DNA of 20,000 nt from an uncultured virus (IMG/VR IMGVR_UViG_3300044693_000183) (lineage: Duplodnaviria > Heunggongvirae > Uroviricota > Caudoviricetes). Below, in pieces: positions 1 to 7,568 of the stretch (positions are counted from its first letter, which is position 1; every line of letters begins with the position of its first letter). A model generated the notes under the pieces. It was not told where the DNA came from. It saw only the letters and a program-made list of their open reading frames with translations, and searched no databases. The DNA is taken from IMG/VR virus record IMGVR_UViG_3300044693_000183; one strand, 5' to 3'. Both the position numbers and the translations under genes were made by a program.

Positions 1-269
1 GCGCACCACCCAAACACGGGGGCGATGATGTACGCCACCTGCCACGGGTCCGGGTCCAGCGGGCGCCCCGACCACTTGCCCTGCGTGTGCCGCAGCACAT
101 GGAACGACGCCAACACCCTGTCCACGCGCTCCGACATGAACATCGCGCCCGGCGCGTCACCCGGTGACGGCGTGATGAACCGCGGCGGGATTGTCGGCAA
201 CGACAAGCCCCGGCTCTGCATGTACTCAGCGACCGTCGGATCCAGCTTCAGAGCGTCCAAGTCCGCCAC
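1..269 (-). CDS. terL: Terminase large subunit, N-terminal part (runs off the window edge)
   Basis: Not in the ORF track. Manual translation gives MADLDALKLDPTVAEYMQSRGLSLPTIPPRFITPSPGDAPGAMFMSERVDRVLASFHVLRHTQGKWSGRPLDPDPWQVAYIIAPVFGWC. The H-T-x-G-x-W-x-G-x-P...PWQ...FGW pattern is typical of the HK97-like Terminase_1 N-terminus. Lies directly downstream of terS. Alternative GTG start at 278. Confidence 0.9.
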   Translation of the reverse strand, partial: MADLDALKLDPTVAEYMQSRGLSLPTIPPRFITPSPGDAPGAMFMSERVDRVLASFHVLRHTQGKWSGRPLDPDPWQVAYIIAPVFGWC

Positions 270-288
270 CCTGGACACCCCCTAGCGG

Positions 289-765
289 TCAGCCGCTATC
301 CGCGAACGGATTCCACTCCTGCTCGGCCGGCTTCTTCCCCCCCGCTATGCCGATCGCGCCCTCACTCGACAAGGTCAAGCCAAACTCGCGCAGCAAGAAC
401 CGCACCTGATCGGCGGCCTTCTCCTCGACGATCACCCAGCCGGCCTTGACGTCCTTGTTCTGGATGCCCTTGTCGAGCAGACCGCGATCCTTGCGAATCT
501 CCACAGCCATACGCCACCGAGAGTAGGTCTCGCACAAGACACGCAGCGCGAACTCGTCGATCTCCCGCAGCAGATCCACCCCAGCGAGACAGGCCGTGAC
601 CTTGGCCCACATGTCCTGCCCGAAGTCGTCCAGGTCATCAGGCATGGGGGGTGGTTTGCGCTCGAACTCCGGCGTAGTCTCAATGGGCCGCCCACCACTG
701 TCGAAGCCCTCGCGGCGTCCGCTGATGGCCTTCAGGTGGGGCGGGAGCTTCGTCGGACCCGACAT
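289..765 (-). CDS. terS: Terminase small subunit, P27 family
   Basis: P-x-P-x-x-LK...PPMPDDL...W...D...L...C..YSRW...EFGLT..S...NPF pattern of P27-family TerS; adjacent to terL. ATG at 765 preferred, GTG at 777 possible. Confidence 0.9.
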   Translation of the reverse strand: MSGPTKLPPHLKAISGRREGFDSGGRPIETTPEFERKPPPMPDDLDDFGQDMWAKVTACLAGVDLLREIDEFALRVLCETYSRWRMAVEIRKDRGLLDKGIQNKDVKAGWVIVEEKAADQVRFLLREFGLTLSSEGAIGIAGGKKPAEQEWNPFADSG

Positions 766-794
766 GTTGACCACCACCCGGGGCGAAAGTCGAA

Positions 795-940
795 AATTCT
801 AACCTGAGCTTGTGTGTGGGGGATTACCAAGGCGGTTCGCGAGCGGTGTTGATCTAGAGATTTCCGAGCACCCCTCGGGTACGTTTCCGCAGGTCAGACG
901 GGGTGCGACTGATCTAGGGTTCTGTTTCCGCAGGTCAGAG
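795..940. promoter_or_regulatory. Candidate cos/packaging region
   Basis: Non-coding stretch just upstream of terS. The minus strand reads GAGGGGTG..GAAATCTCT...GAACCGCCTTGGTAATCCCCCCACACAC..CAGGTTAGAATTTT, a layout reminiscent of HK97/P27-type cos regions. Also holds a 16-bp direct repeat GTTTCCGCAGGTCAGA (883-898, 924-939) and TGATCTAG twice (850-857, 910-917). Confidence 0.55.
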
Positions 941-1009
941 GCTTGCCGGATCGGGTCTGGGCGCGTCGGCAAGGCGAGGCCCAGTCAAGATCATCCCGGG
1001 CGGGGCGGG

Positions 1010-1108
1010 TCAATAGGCCGATTGAGGTAATCTCTGTGCTGCTGCGCTGCTGCCTCTGCGTGCCTGTCTGACGCCATGTCGCAGTCTGCGGTGTGCCGTG
1101 TCGGTCAT
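1010..1108 (-). CDS. Possible 32-aa hypothetical protein
   Basis: ATG preceded by GAGGTG and directly following the stop of 1111..1353; MTDTAHRRLRHG... Confidence 0.3.
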   Translation of the reverse strand: MTDTAHRRLRHGVRQARRGSSAAAQRLPQSAY

Positions 1109-1110
1109 GT

Positions 1111-1353
1111 TCACCTCGGCCATGGCCAGTAGCGGCGGACCCACATCATCCCGCCGACCAAGCCTTGGTGCGGCGGCTGGTACGTCGCACGCCAGCGCCG
1201 ACGGCACTCGATGCAGCGGATGATCCACCCGCTGTCTGTGCGGTTCAGGTTTTCAGGCAGCGCGCATCTATGCTTCCCGCTGGCCGACGGCTTGCGCAAC
1301 ACCTCGATGTTCGAGCCGGTCAGGAGGTATGGTGGCTTCTCGTCGCCGCTCAT
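1111..1353 (-). CDS. Hypothetical protein, Zn-ribbon-like (HRC...CIEC)
   Basis: MSGDEKPPYLL...; ATGA overlap with the upstream stop at 1350-1352. Confidence 0.65.
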   Translation of the reverse strand: MSGDEKPPYLLTGSNIEVLRKPSASGKHRCALPENLNRTDSGWIIRCIECRRRWRATYQPPHQGLVGGMMWVRRYWPWPR

Positions 1354-1604
1354 GGCGCACACTCCCCGCAGTCGCAAACCGCCGGACAGTCGCAGTCCTG
1401 GTACACATTGTTCAGGGTGACCTCTAGCCTGGTGCGCTCCCGGGAGCGTTGCAAATGGGCACACTCCGCGGCGAGGTGCGGGCCGCAAGCCCAGCTGACG
1501 ACAGCGTCGCCGTAGCGTTCGATGCGCCAAGGCGCCTTCCCGTTGCACACCGTGCAGTGGAAGGCGAGCGCGTGGCCCTGCTGGATGCGTTGTACATCAG
1601 TCAC
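1350..1604 (-). CDS. Cys-rich hypothetical protein
   Basis: MTDVQRIQQG...CTVC...WACGPH...CDC..CDCGEC; GTGA overlap with the upstream stop. Confidence 0.7.
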   Translation of the reverse strand: MTDVQRIQQGHALAFHCTVCNGKAPWRIERYGDAVVSWACGPHLAAECAHLQRSRERTRLEVTLNNVYQDCDCPAVCDCGECAP

Positions 1605-2012
1605 GGTGCACCATCCACGGTGATGCCGTAGCCGTCGGCCAACAGGATCAGCGTCCAACACGGTCCGTCTTCCTCAGTGCCCCACAGCCCACCAACCGTG
1701 CTGTTGAGCACGGGAATGGGACAGCGGTGAACCTTCTCGTGCGCTTCGAGGATGCGGCGGTCTGCTGCGCAGCGGCGCAGGACAGTGTGCGGGTCGTTGC
1801 GGACAATGTGGTCGCCGATCTGACGCCCGCGTCGTGGCAGCTGTTCAAGCACGCCCCCATGCCTTCTCGCCAGCGAAGCCGCTGTAGATCACATTGTCCG
1901 TGGCGAGCAGAGTCCAATACAGACCATCGAACTCGCCAATGGCCTTGCGTGCGTCGTCCTCAGTCTCTTCGATCTCGGCGAGGATGCGGGCAGGCAGGTC
2001 TAACGCGCTCAC
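1601..2012 (-). pseudogene. DUF6221-like actinophage protein split by a frameshift (1845..2012 plus 1601..1852)
   Basis: The N-half MSALDLPARILAEIEETEDDARKA...EKAWGRA* and the C-half ...HIVRNDPHTVLRRCAADRRIL...CWTLILLADGYG match the two conserved blocks of the family but lie in different frames, joined across a G5 run. Confidence 0.6.
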
Positions 2013-2185
2013 TCGTCATCACCTACAGGAGTCGAGCTCCTCAGCCACTGGCCCCACGCCGCAAGGGAGTCAACAACCTCATCCATGGTCACCGTGTAAG
2101 CGCGGAAGCGTTCCGCGATGACTTCCGGGGAGTCCATGTCATCGACGCGGAAGCCGAGGATGCTGAACTTGCCTGCTGTGCTCAT
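2009..2185 (-). CDS. Hypothetical protein (58 aa)
   Basis: MSTAGKFSILG...; 4-nt start/stop overlaps on both sides. Confidence 0.65.
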   Translation of the reverse strand: MSTAGKFSILGFRVDDMDSPEVIAERFRAYTVTMDEVVDSLAAWGQWLRSSTPVGDDE

Positions 2186-2394
2186 GCGACAAGCTTCCAC
2201 AGCGCAACCAACCCGATCAAGCCAGCGGCGGTGATGAACAGCAGAAGCACGACGATCATGGTCATACCGAGGGCCTTGGCGTGCTTGTCAGGCTGCGCTG
2301 GTTGGATGGTGGTTTCGAGTACGGCTAGGCGTTCCTCGACTGCGGCTAGGCGGTCGCCGATCGAGGTGAGCAGCGGATCTGATGCTGGCGGCAT
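2182..2394 (-). CDS. Small membrane protein with N-terminal coiled coil and C-terminal TM helix
   Basis: LAAVEERLAVLE heptads followed by hydrophobic MTMIVVLLLFITAAGLIGLVALW; AGGA upstream of the ATG. Confidence 0.7.
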   Translation of the reverse strand: MPPASDPLLTSIGDRLAAVEERLAVLETTIQPAQPDKHAKALGMTMIVVLLLFITAAGLIGLVALWKLVA

Positions 2395-2447
2395 CCTGCT
2401 GTCCTAACTTGGGCTCTGAATCGAGTACTTGCTCGGCATTTTCGGCA

Positions 2448-2804
2448 CTAGTGGTCCTGCCCGAACCGGTGTCCCGGCTGCGCGACGCTAGTCCAGGTGT
2501 CATGGCATGGCTTGCACAATCCACGCCCGTACTGTGGGTCGTTCGGGTCCAGCCCCAACGCCACCAGCTCGCGCCGGGAACGCGGGTAGTGGTCCGCCAC
2601 TGTGGCTCGTCGTTTGCCGCACTTGCACCACGGGTCACGAGCCAGGACCACAGCACGGAACTTGGTGCGGTGCTCCTGGTCGTAGCCGCGGTCGCTGTTC
2701 GAGCCCCGTTTGGCGTCGGCGCGCTGACGAAACTGCCGTAGGCACGACTTGCACCTACCCGACGTCGGTTTGCCGCAGCGGCCGCAACGGCGAGGAGGCT
2801 TCAC
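2448..2804 (-). CDS. HNH endonuclease (HK97 gp74-like terminase cofactor)
   Basis: RGY...R..VL.RDP.CKC...ATVADH...GRGLCKPCHD motif plus N-terminal CxxC/CxxC; upstream of terS. Confidence 0.9.
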   Translation of the reverse strand: MKPPRRCGRCGKPTSGRCKSCLRQFRQRADAKRGSNSDRGYDQEHRTKFRAVVLARDPWCKCGKRRATVADHYPRSRRELVALGLDPNDPQYGRGLCKPCHDTWTSVAQPGHRFGQDH

Positions 2805-2824
2805 GGGAATCGTGGGCCTCCATG

Positions 2825-3169
2825 CTATGACGCGGGCTTCCGGTCAATGACCCACTGGGACATGGCCTCGACGGGGCCGCCGGCGAACCTGCGGTATGAC
2901 ATCAGCAGCTCTACCGCGCCAGCAGGTGCGTCCGGTGAGTGCACGTCCAAAATGAGCGTGTAGTTCTCGACCCGGGCGCCGGTGACGGTGATCGTCGAGT
3001 TGAGGTGCAGCTGCTGCCTCAGGAACGCGAGCGGCACGCGCAGGATGGGGCTGTGGGGTGTGGGCTCGGGGCTCGTGGCGACCGGTTCCTGAACGCCCTC
3101 GGCAGGTAGGTCCACGGTTTGTGGTCGTGGGCGTGGCTGCGGCTGGCGGGGGCGGCGCTGCTGCGTCAT
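2825..3169 (-). CDS. Hypothetical protein (114 aa)
   Basis: MTQQRRPRQP...; GGGAG RBS and ATGA overlap with the upstream gene. Confidence 0.65.
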   Translation of the reverse strand: MTQQRRPRQPQPRPRPQTVDLPAEGVQEPVATSPEPTPHSPILRVPLAFLRQQLHLNSTITVTGARVENYTLILDVHSPDAPAGAVELLMSYRRFAGGPVEAMSQWVIDRKPAS

Positions 3170-3393
3170 GACTGACTCCCTGGCGGTGGAGCGAAAAACC
3201 CGGACCGGTCGGCCTCGATCACGGCCTGCGGGGCTGGAGGGTCGGACTCGTCTGGGTCGTGGACGTCGCCGATGTCGTCGCGCAGGGCGGTAATGGCGGT
3301 GACCATGCGGCGCATCAGCCACCACGCGGCGAGAGCGAGCAGAGCGGCCATGGTGAGGACCGATACGGCGGCGATGAGGATGGCGGCGAGCAT
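3166..3393 (-). CDS. Small membrane protein with N-terminal TM helix
   Basis: Hydrophobic N-terminus MLAAILIAAVSVLTMAALLALAAWWL; AGGAG RBS. Confidence 0.7.
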   Translation of the reverse strand: MLAAILIAAVSVLTMAALLALAAWWLMRRMVTAITALRDDIGDVHDPDESDPPAPQAVIEADRSGFFAPPPGSQS

Positions 3394-3404
3394 GGCGGCT
3401 GCTC

Positions 3405-3653
3405 CTACGGTCCGGTTTCTCGCGCTGCCATGCGGGCCGACAGCTCGTCCAGGAACCGGTCAATGATGCTGGTGGCGCGCTCAGCCAGGACGTCTTCGCC
3501 GAGCTCGCGGTACTCGGCCCGGTACGCCGAGGCGCGCATCAACAGGTGCCGCAGCTCGGTGTCGTCAACCTGGGACACGTCCTCGTACTCGCGGATGGTG
3601 TGCTCAGCCATGGCGACCATGCCGTGTGGTGAGGTGGGTGCAGTACCAGTCAT
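3405..3653 (-). CDS. Hypothetical helical protein
   Basis: MTGTAPTSPHGMVAMAEHTIREY...IDRFLDEL; GGAG upstream; start uncertain. Confidence 0.6.
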   Translation of the reverse strand: MTGTAPTSPHGMVAMAEHTIREYEDVSQVDDTELRHLLMRASAYRAEYRELGEDVLAERATSIIDRFLDELSARMAARETGP

Positions 3654-3675
3654 CGGCCACGCTCGCTCCAATATG

Positions 3676-3837
3676 TCAGGGGTGGGCGGCCAGAACGTCG
3701 ACCAGAAGGACCAGGCCAGCAAGCACCACGGCTGCGACGTCGAGCACGCGGACAACAGTGGGCTGCGGCAGTGACCGGGCGAGCGCGACGAGGAACACGG
3801 CGAGCGCGAGCAGGATGCCGAGTAAAGCCGGGCTCAT
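3676..3837 (-). CDS. 53-aa two-TM membrane protein (holin-like topology)
   Basis: Below the ORF-track cutoff. MSPALLGILLALAVFLVALARSLPQPTVVRVLDVAAVVLAGLVLLVDVLAAHP with a GGAGG RBS. Confidence 0.7.
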   Translation of the reverse strand: MSPALLGILLALAVFLVALARSLPQPTVVRVLDVAAVVLAGLVLLVDVLAAHP

Positions 3838-3871
3838 GACAACCTCCAGACCAGTGGATGGCGTAGCAAGA

Positions 3872-4546
3872 TCAGCTGGGCTTCCTCACCGGGACTGAGG
3901 TCTCATCAAACGGGAGCGTGTCCTGCATGAGACGCCTGGCGGCGACCTCGCAGTACTTCTCCTCAAGCTCGACACCGATGGCGCGACGACCAAGGATCTT
4001 CGCCGCCACCAGCGTCGAACCCGACCCAGCGAACGGATCTGCTACCACGCCATCTGGGCACTTCCCAAGCAGTGTTGTCAGCACTGAGAGTGGCTTCTCT
4101 GTGGGGTGGTGGCGTCCTTGCGACTTCGCTGGCGGAGGAGCAAGGTGCCGAAGGATGCTGCTGCCCCGCTTGCCTGTGAAGCCTTTACCGAGAACGTAGA
4201 TCTCCTCGAAATCCGGCTTCCATGGGAGGTTCAAGTCACCCATGCCAGTGTGCTCGCCCTTGTCCCAGATAAGGAGTGCGCGAGTTGCCGTTGGACGGGG
4301 CACGGACCACCTGCCGAAGACAAGGGCCGGCTTCTGCCCCCAGGCCGACAACGCAGCGTTCCGCACTGACACGTCACGGTCTCCGGCGATCTCCAGATCG
4401 GCGAAGTCCCCCCCCCACCTGGAACGAAGCGACATCCCATATGGCGGGTCGGTAACGAGCACGTCAGCCGACAGCCAAGCGTCGATCTCGCGACAGTCGC
4501 CTTGGTAAAGCTGGACGTGCTCGTCGACGTAGTAGGGCTCGACCAC
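3872..4546 (-). CDS. DNA methyltransferase, N6-A/N4-C, beta class
   Basis: LYQGDC, TDPPY (motif IV), WDK, HPTEKP, DPFAGSGST (motif I), GRRAIGVELEEKYCEVA. Start probably GTG at 4546. Confidence 0.95.
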   Translation of the reverse strand: MVEPYYVDEHVQLYQGDCREIDAWLSADVLVTDPPYGMSLRSRWGGDFADLEIAGDRDVSVRNAALSAWGQKPALVFGRWSVPRPTATRALLIWDKGEHTGMGDLNLPWKPDFEEIYVLGKGFTGKRGSSILRHLAPPPAKSQGRHHPTEKPLSVLTTLLGKCPDGVVADPFAGSGSTLVAAKILGRRAIGVELEEKYCEVAARRLMQDTLPFDETSVPVRKPS

Positions 4547-4842
4547 AGGCGCCTCGCTATCGTCATGCCGATTCCGCGAGGTAAGGGGCCCCAGCCCGGC
4601 CAAGCGGACCAGGCAGCAGGCTGGGGCGGCTGCGCGCCGGGGCCCAGAGCGGTAGGCCGCACGCGGCGCGCAAGAGAAGGTGCCGACCGTCGATCCACGC
4701 CCAAAGAGATGTCGTGATGATGGAGACGGGCGCGGCCGGCAAGTGTGGATGGCCCGTTACTTATGTCCCCTCAAGGGTGCCGCGACGGCGCCAAGCGCGG
4801 CTATGACTCGCAGCCTCGGGAGCTGGAGTGTTTGTGCACCAA

Positions 4843-4867
4843 CCCTGAGCCGCTGCCGCGGTCAGGG
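4843..4867 (-). terminator. Hairpin closing the fibre-like module
   Basis: CCCTGA-G-CCGC-TGCC-GCGG-TCAGGG stem just downstream of the stop at 4880; no strong U tract. Confidence 0.4.
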
Positions 4868-4879
4868 CTGGAGTCCATT

Positions 4880-5185
4880 TTAGAACACTGTGAGTGTGTC
4901 CAGGGACCTCAGCACCGGGATTTCCAGATTGTCGGTGATCTTCACCCACACTTGGTGTCGGCCAGTGCCCAAAGTTCCTATGGTTGAGCCGGGGCCTACC
5001 AGGATTTTCGCGTAGTACACGCCCGCATCGTTCTCCCACACTGCTGGTACCCACGTGGATGGTTGGGCACCGGCTGGCGTGATGGCGATCTGCACGACGT
5101 CCGCTGTCGGGTCTTTGCCGCCAGCTACTGTCACACCGATCTTGATGTATTCCTCGGACAGTTGGCTGATCTGCACATCCGCCAC
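4880..5185 (-). CDS. Small beta-sandwich virion-type protein (BppU-N/LtfC-like adaptor)
   Basis: EYIKIGVT...DPT..VVQIAIT...W..AVWE....AKILVGP......G...VWVKITDN.EIPV resembles the small Ig-like adaptor proteins of actinophages. Confidence 0.6.
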   Translation of the reverse strand: MADVQISQLSEEYIKIGVTVAGGKDPTADVVQIAITPAGAQPSTWVPAVWENDAGVYYAKILVGPGSTIGTLGTGRHQVWVKITDNLEIPVLRSLDTLTVF

Positions 5186-5226
5186 GGCAAGACCACCCCA
5201 CGCTTCCAGCGGGCCTCAGGCTATCG

Positions 5227-5553
5227 CTACGCGACCTCGCTCCACGATGGCAGCTGAGGGTCGTTCGTGCTGGGAATGAGACCAACACACATCACCGTGT
5301 TCGTGGGGCTGCCCCCGTACAGGCAGACACCCAAGTACGGCCTGGCCGCAGTCAGTGGGCGGTTCGTTTCGGCGAGGACAACATCCACGGTGATCGAGCC
5401 GTCCTCGGCTTGGGTGAGGGTGGCGGTGCCGATCGGGGCGCTGGTGTCGTAGTTGACAGTGAACGGCACGGTCGCTGGCACCGACCACGCGGTGGGGTTG
5501 ATGCCATAGATGGCGCCAAACGCGGCGCGGAACGCAGTGCCCTGGATGTGCAT
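5227..5553 (-). CDS. Hypothetical protein, weakly resembling a degenerate prohead-protease fold
   Basis: Start abuts the stop of the repeat gene; VPFTVNYDTSAPIGTATL..EDGSI. Confidence 0.65.
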   Translation of the reverse strand: MHIQGTAFRAAFGAIYGINPTAWSVPATVPFTVNYDTSAPIGTATLTQAEDGSITVDVVLAETNRPLTAARPYLGVCLYGGSPTNTVMCVGLIPSTNDPQLPSWSEVA

Positions 5554-7521
5554 CTATGTCACCACGCTTCCCGCTGACCAACTGGAGGGTTGAAGAGATG
5601 CAGCCCAGTTTGTGGATATGCCGCCCACGGTGAAGTCCTTCGGCGGTGGTAGTACCACTACGTCGGTGGCGGCTGCCGTGTCCATGCAGGTACGCAGCAG
5701 CGTCATGCTGGTACGGGACGCGGCGTCCGCAGCTGCGGCGGTGTCGGGGATGATGTGAACTAGTTGGATGCTGCGTGTCACGCTGTCGCTCACCGCGGCC
5801 GTGTCTGTGCACGAGCGCGCAGAGCTGTGTGTCCGCGACGTGGCATCCGATGCCGCAGCGGTGTCGGTGGTGGCACGAGCAAGCAAGACAGGAGTCCTGC
5901 CGGCCGTGTCGGTGGCGGCTGCCGTGTCCGAGACAGCCCTGTGTTCCGTGTTGGCTGAGGTGACCGTGTCTGCGGCTGGCGCGGTGTCACTGGCGGTACG
6001 CGCCAGTGGCATAGTGCGCGTCACGCCATCAGTAGCAGGGGCACTATCAGCAGTGGGCCGTGAGGAGACGACCACGCGCTGCACGCTGTCCGTAGCTGGT
6101 GCTGTGTTCGCCGCGCCCCGGGCGAAGCTCGCGACGCGCACCACCGCATCCGACGCGGCAGTAGTGTCCGTGACCGCACGACCACCCGCGAGCAGCCGCA
6201 CAACCGAATCCGTGGCGGGCGTGGTGTCGGGGACGGAGCGGCTAGCCGACTCGACCGATGCCGCCGAGTCCAGCGCTGGCGCAGCATCGGCGATGGCGAG
6301 AGTGACGCGGGTCGTGCGGGTAACACTGTCCCCAGCTGGGGCTGTGTCAACCACAGACCCGGCGTGGGCGGTGGACCACGCGACCATGTCCGTAGCCGCA
6401 GCGGTGTCGCTCGTGGTCCTCGACAGGGACAACGGTGGCCGGGTAACCGTGTCTGTGGCGGGCGCCGCATCGCTGGTAGCTCGCGGCGAGGACGTTGACC
6501 GTGTGACTGCGTCGCTGGCGGCAGCAGTGTCCGCGGCTGATCGGGTGGTCGTGATCGTGTGCACCGCAGCGTCGGTTGCTGCGGCAGTGTCGCTCGCCGC
6601 CCGAACGTGGGCGGTCGTGGCTGTGACGCTGTCCGTGGCGGGTGCCGCATCACTGGCAGCGCGGGCGGCAGTGGTGGCGCGAGCAACAGTGTCCAGCGCT
6701 GGTGCCGTGTCGCTGGTTGTACGCGTCAACGGCATGGCACGCGCAACAGCATCGGCGGCCGGGGCCGTGTCGGCTGCTGTCCTAGTCCCCGAAGTGGTCG
6801 AAACGACCGTGTCCGTGGCCGCAGCGGTATCGGGGATTGTGCGCGTCAGCGAAAAGGAACGCACCACGCCATCGGCAGCGGGTGTCGTGTCGGTGGCGGA
6901 CCTGTTGCCGGATACAGCCGAGGCGACCGTGTCCGCGGCTGGGGCTGTGTCGGCTGCTGTCTGGTGGAGATTGATGGCGCGCGCCACCGTGTCCACAGCA
7001 GCAGCGGTATCGGCAACTGCGTGCACCAGGGCGATGGAGCGGGTTACCGCATCCGTAGCCCCAGCAGTGTCAGAGACAGTGCGGGCGGCGGTGATGGTGC
7101 TGGTGATCGCGTCGCTAGCTGGGGTGGTGTCCGCAGTCGACCGAGCAGCGAGCCCCAGAGTGCGGCTCACCGTGTCCGATGCGGCAGCAGTGTCCGGGCA
7201 CGCTCTGTTGGAGCTGGCGGACCGGCTCACCGCATCGGTTGCCGCGGCGGTATCCGATGCTGTCCGGCTAGCGCTGATCGAGCTGGCGACACTATCTGCG
7301 GAGGGTGCCGTGTCTGAGATGGACCGGGCGGCCGCCACTGCCCTGCTGACACTGTCGACGGCGGCTGCGGTGTCTGACACGCCCTGCGTGAGTGCCGCAG
7401 CACGGGACACAGCGTCAGTAGCCGACGCAGTATCCGCCGCGGTAGCCACATACAGCACGCCCGGTTTAGGGCCAGCTATGAGGACATGCTTGCCGGGGTA
7501 GGAACGGCCGAGGCGTGCCAT
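5554..7521 (-). CDS. Ala/Thr/Ser-rich protein with about 30 tandem 20-aa repeats (putative fibre scaffold)
   Basis: AGGAGG RBS before the ATG at 7521. N-terminal MARLGRSYP, then the repeat R-x3-D-T-A-[AP]-A-x-D-x-V-x-R-x5, then a short Trp-containing tail. Confidence 0.85.
   Translation of the reverse strand: MARLGRSYPGKHVLIAGPKPGVLYVATAADTASATDAVSRAAALTQGVSDTAAAVDSVSRAVAAARSISDTAPSADSVASSISASRTASDTAAATDAVSRSASSNRACPDTAAASDTVSRTLGLAARSTADTTPASDAITSTITAARTVSDTAGATDAVTRSIALVHAVADTAAAVDTVARAINLHQTAADTAPAADTVASAVSGNRSATDTTPAADGVVRSFSLTRTIPDTAAATDTVVSTTSGTRTAADTAPAADAVARAMPLTRTTSDTAPALDTVARATTAARAASDAAPATDSVTATTAHVRAASDTAAATDAAVHTITTTRSAADTAAASDAVTRSTSSPRATSDAAPATDTVTRPPLSLSRTTSDTAAATDMVAWSTAHAGSVVDTAPAGDSVTRTTRVTLAIADAAPALDSAASVESASRSVPDTTPATDSVVRLLAGGRAVTDTTAASDAVVRVASFARGAANTAPATDSVQRVVVSSRPTADSAPATDGVTRTMPLARTASDTAPAADTVTSANTEHRAVSDTAAATDTAGRTPVLLARATTDTAAASDATSRTHSSARSCTDTAAVSDSVTRSIQLVHIIPDTAAAADAASRTSMTLLRTCMDTAAATDVVVLPPPKDFTVGGISTNWAASLQPSSWSAGSVVT
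5650..7446 (-). repeat. Degenerate coding tandem repeat of 60 nt (occasionally 63 nt), about 30 units
   Basis: Manual parsing of the protein gives 30 D-x5-D units with a 20-aa period; four units are 21 aa. Confidence 0.85.
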
Positions 7522-7568
7522 CGGCACCTCCTAGCGCGTTCTGACCGGCAAGGTTAAAGCAAGCTTTG

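Noticed and set aside
2448..4546. HNH plus methyltransferase as a restriction-modification pair
   Set aside because: The HNH has the gp74-like packaging signature and position, and is separated from the methyltransferase by four genes.
4680..4987. Plus-strand ORFs 4680..4883 and 4745..4987
   Set aside because: No recognisable motif, weak RBS, opposite to the operon direction, and one overlaps 4880..5185. Cannot be fully excluded.
5650..7446. Possible CRISPR array or DNA-level repeat element
   Set aside because: The repeats are degenerate at synonymous positions and conserved only as protein; there are no identical repeats with unique spacers and no cas genes.
5768..7501. 577-aa plus-strand ORF (and 6021..6686, 6559..7317)
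   Set aside because: Antisense or off-frame shadows of the repeat gene in high-GC DNA; no RBS or operon context.
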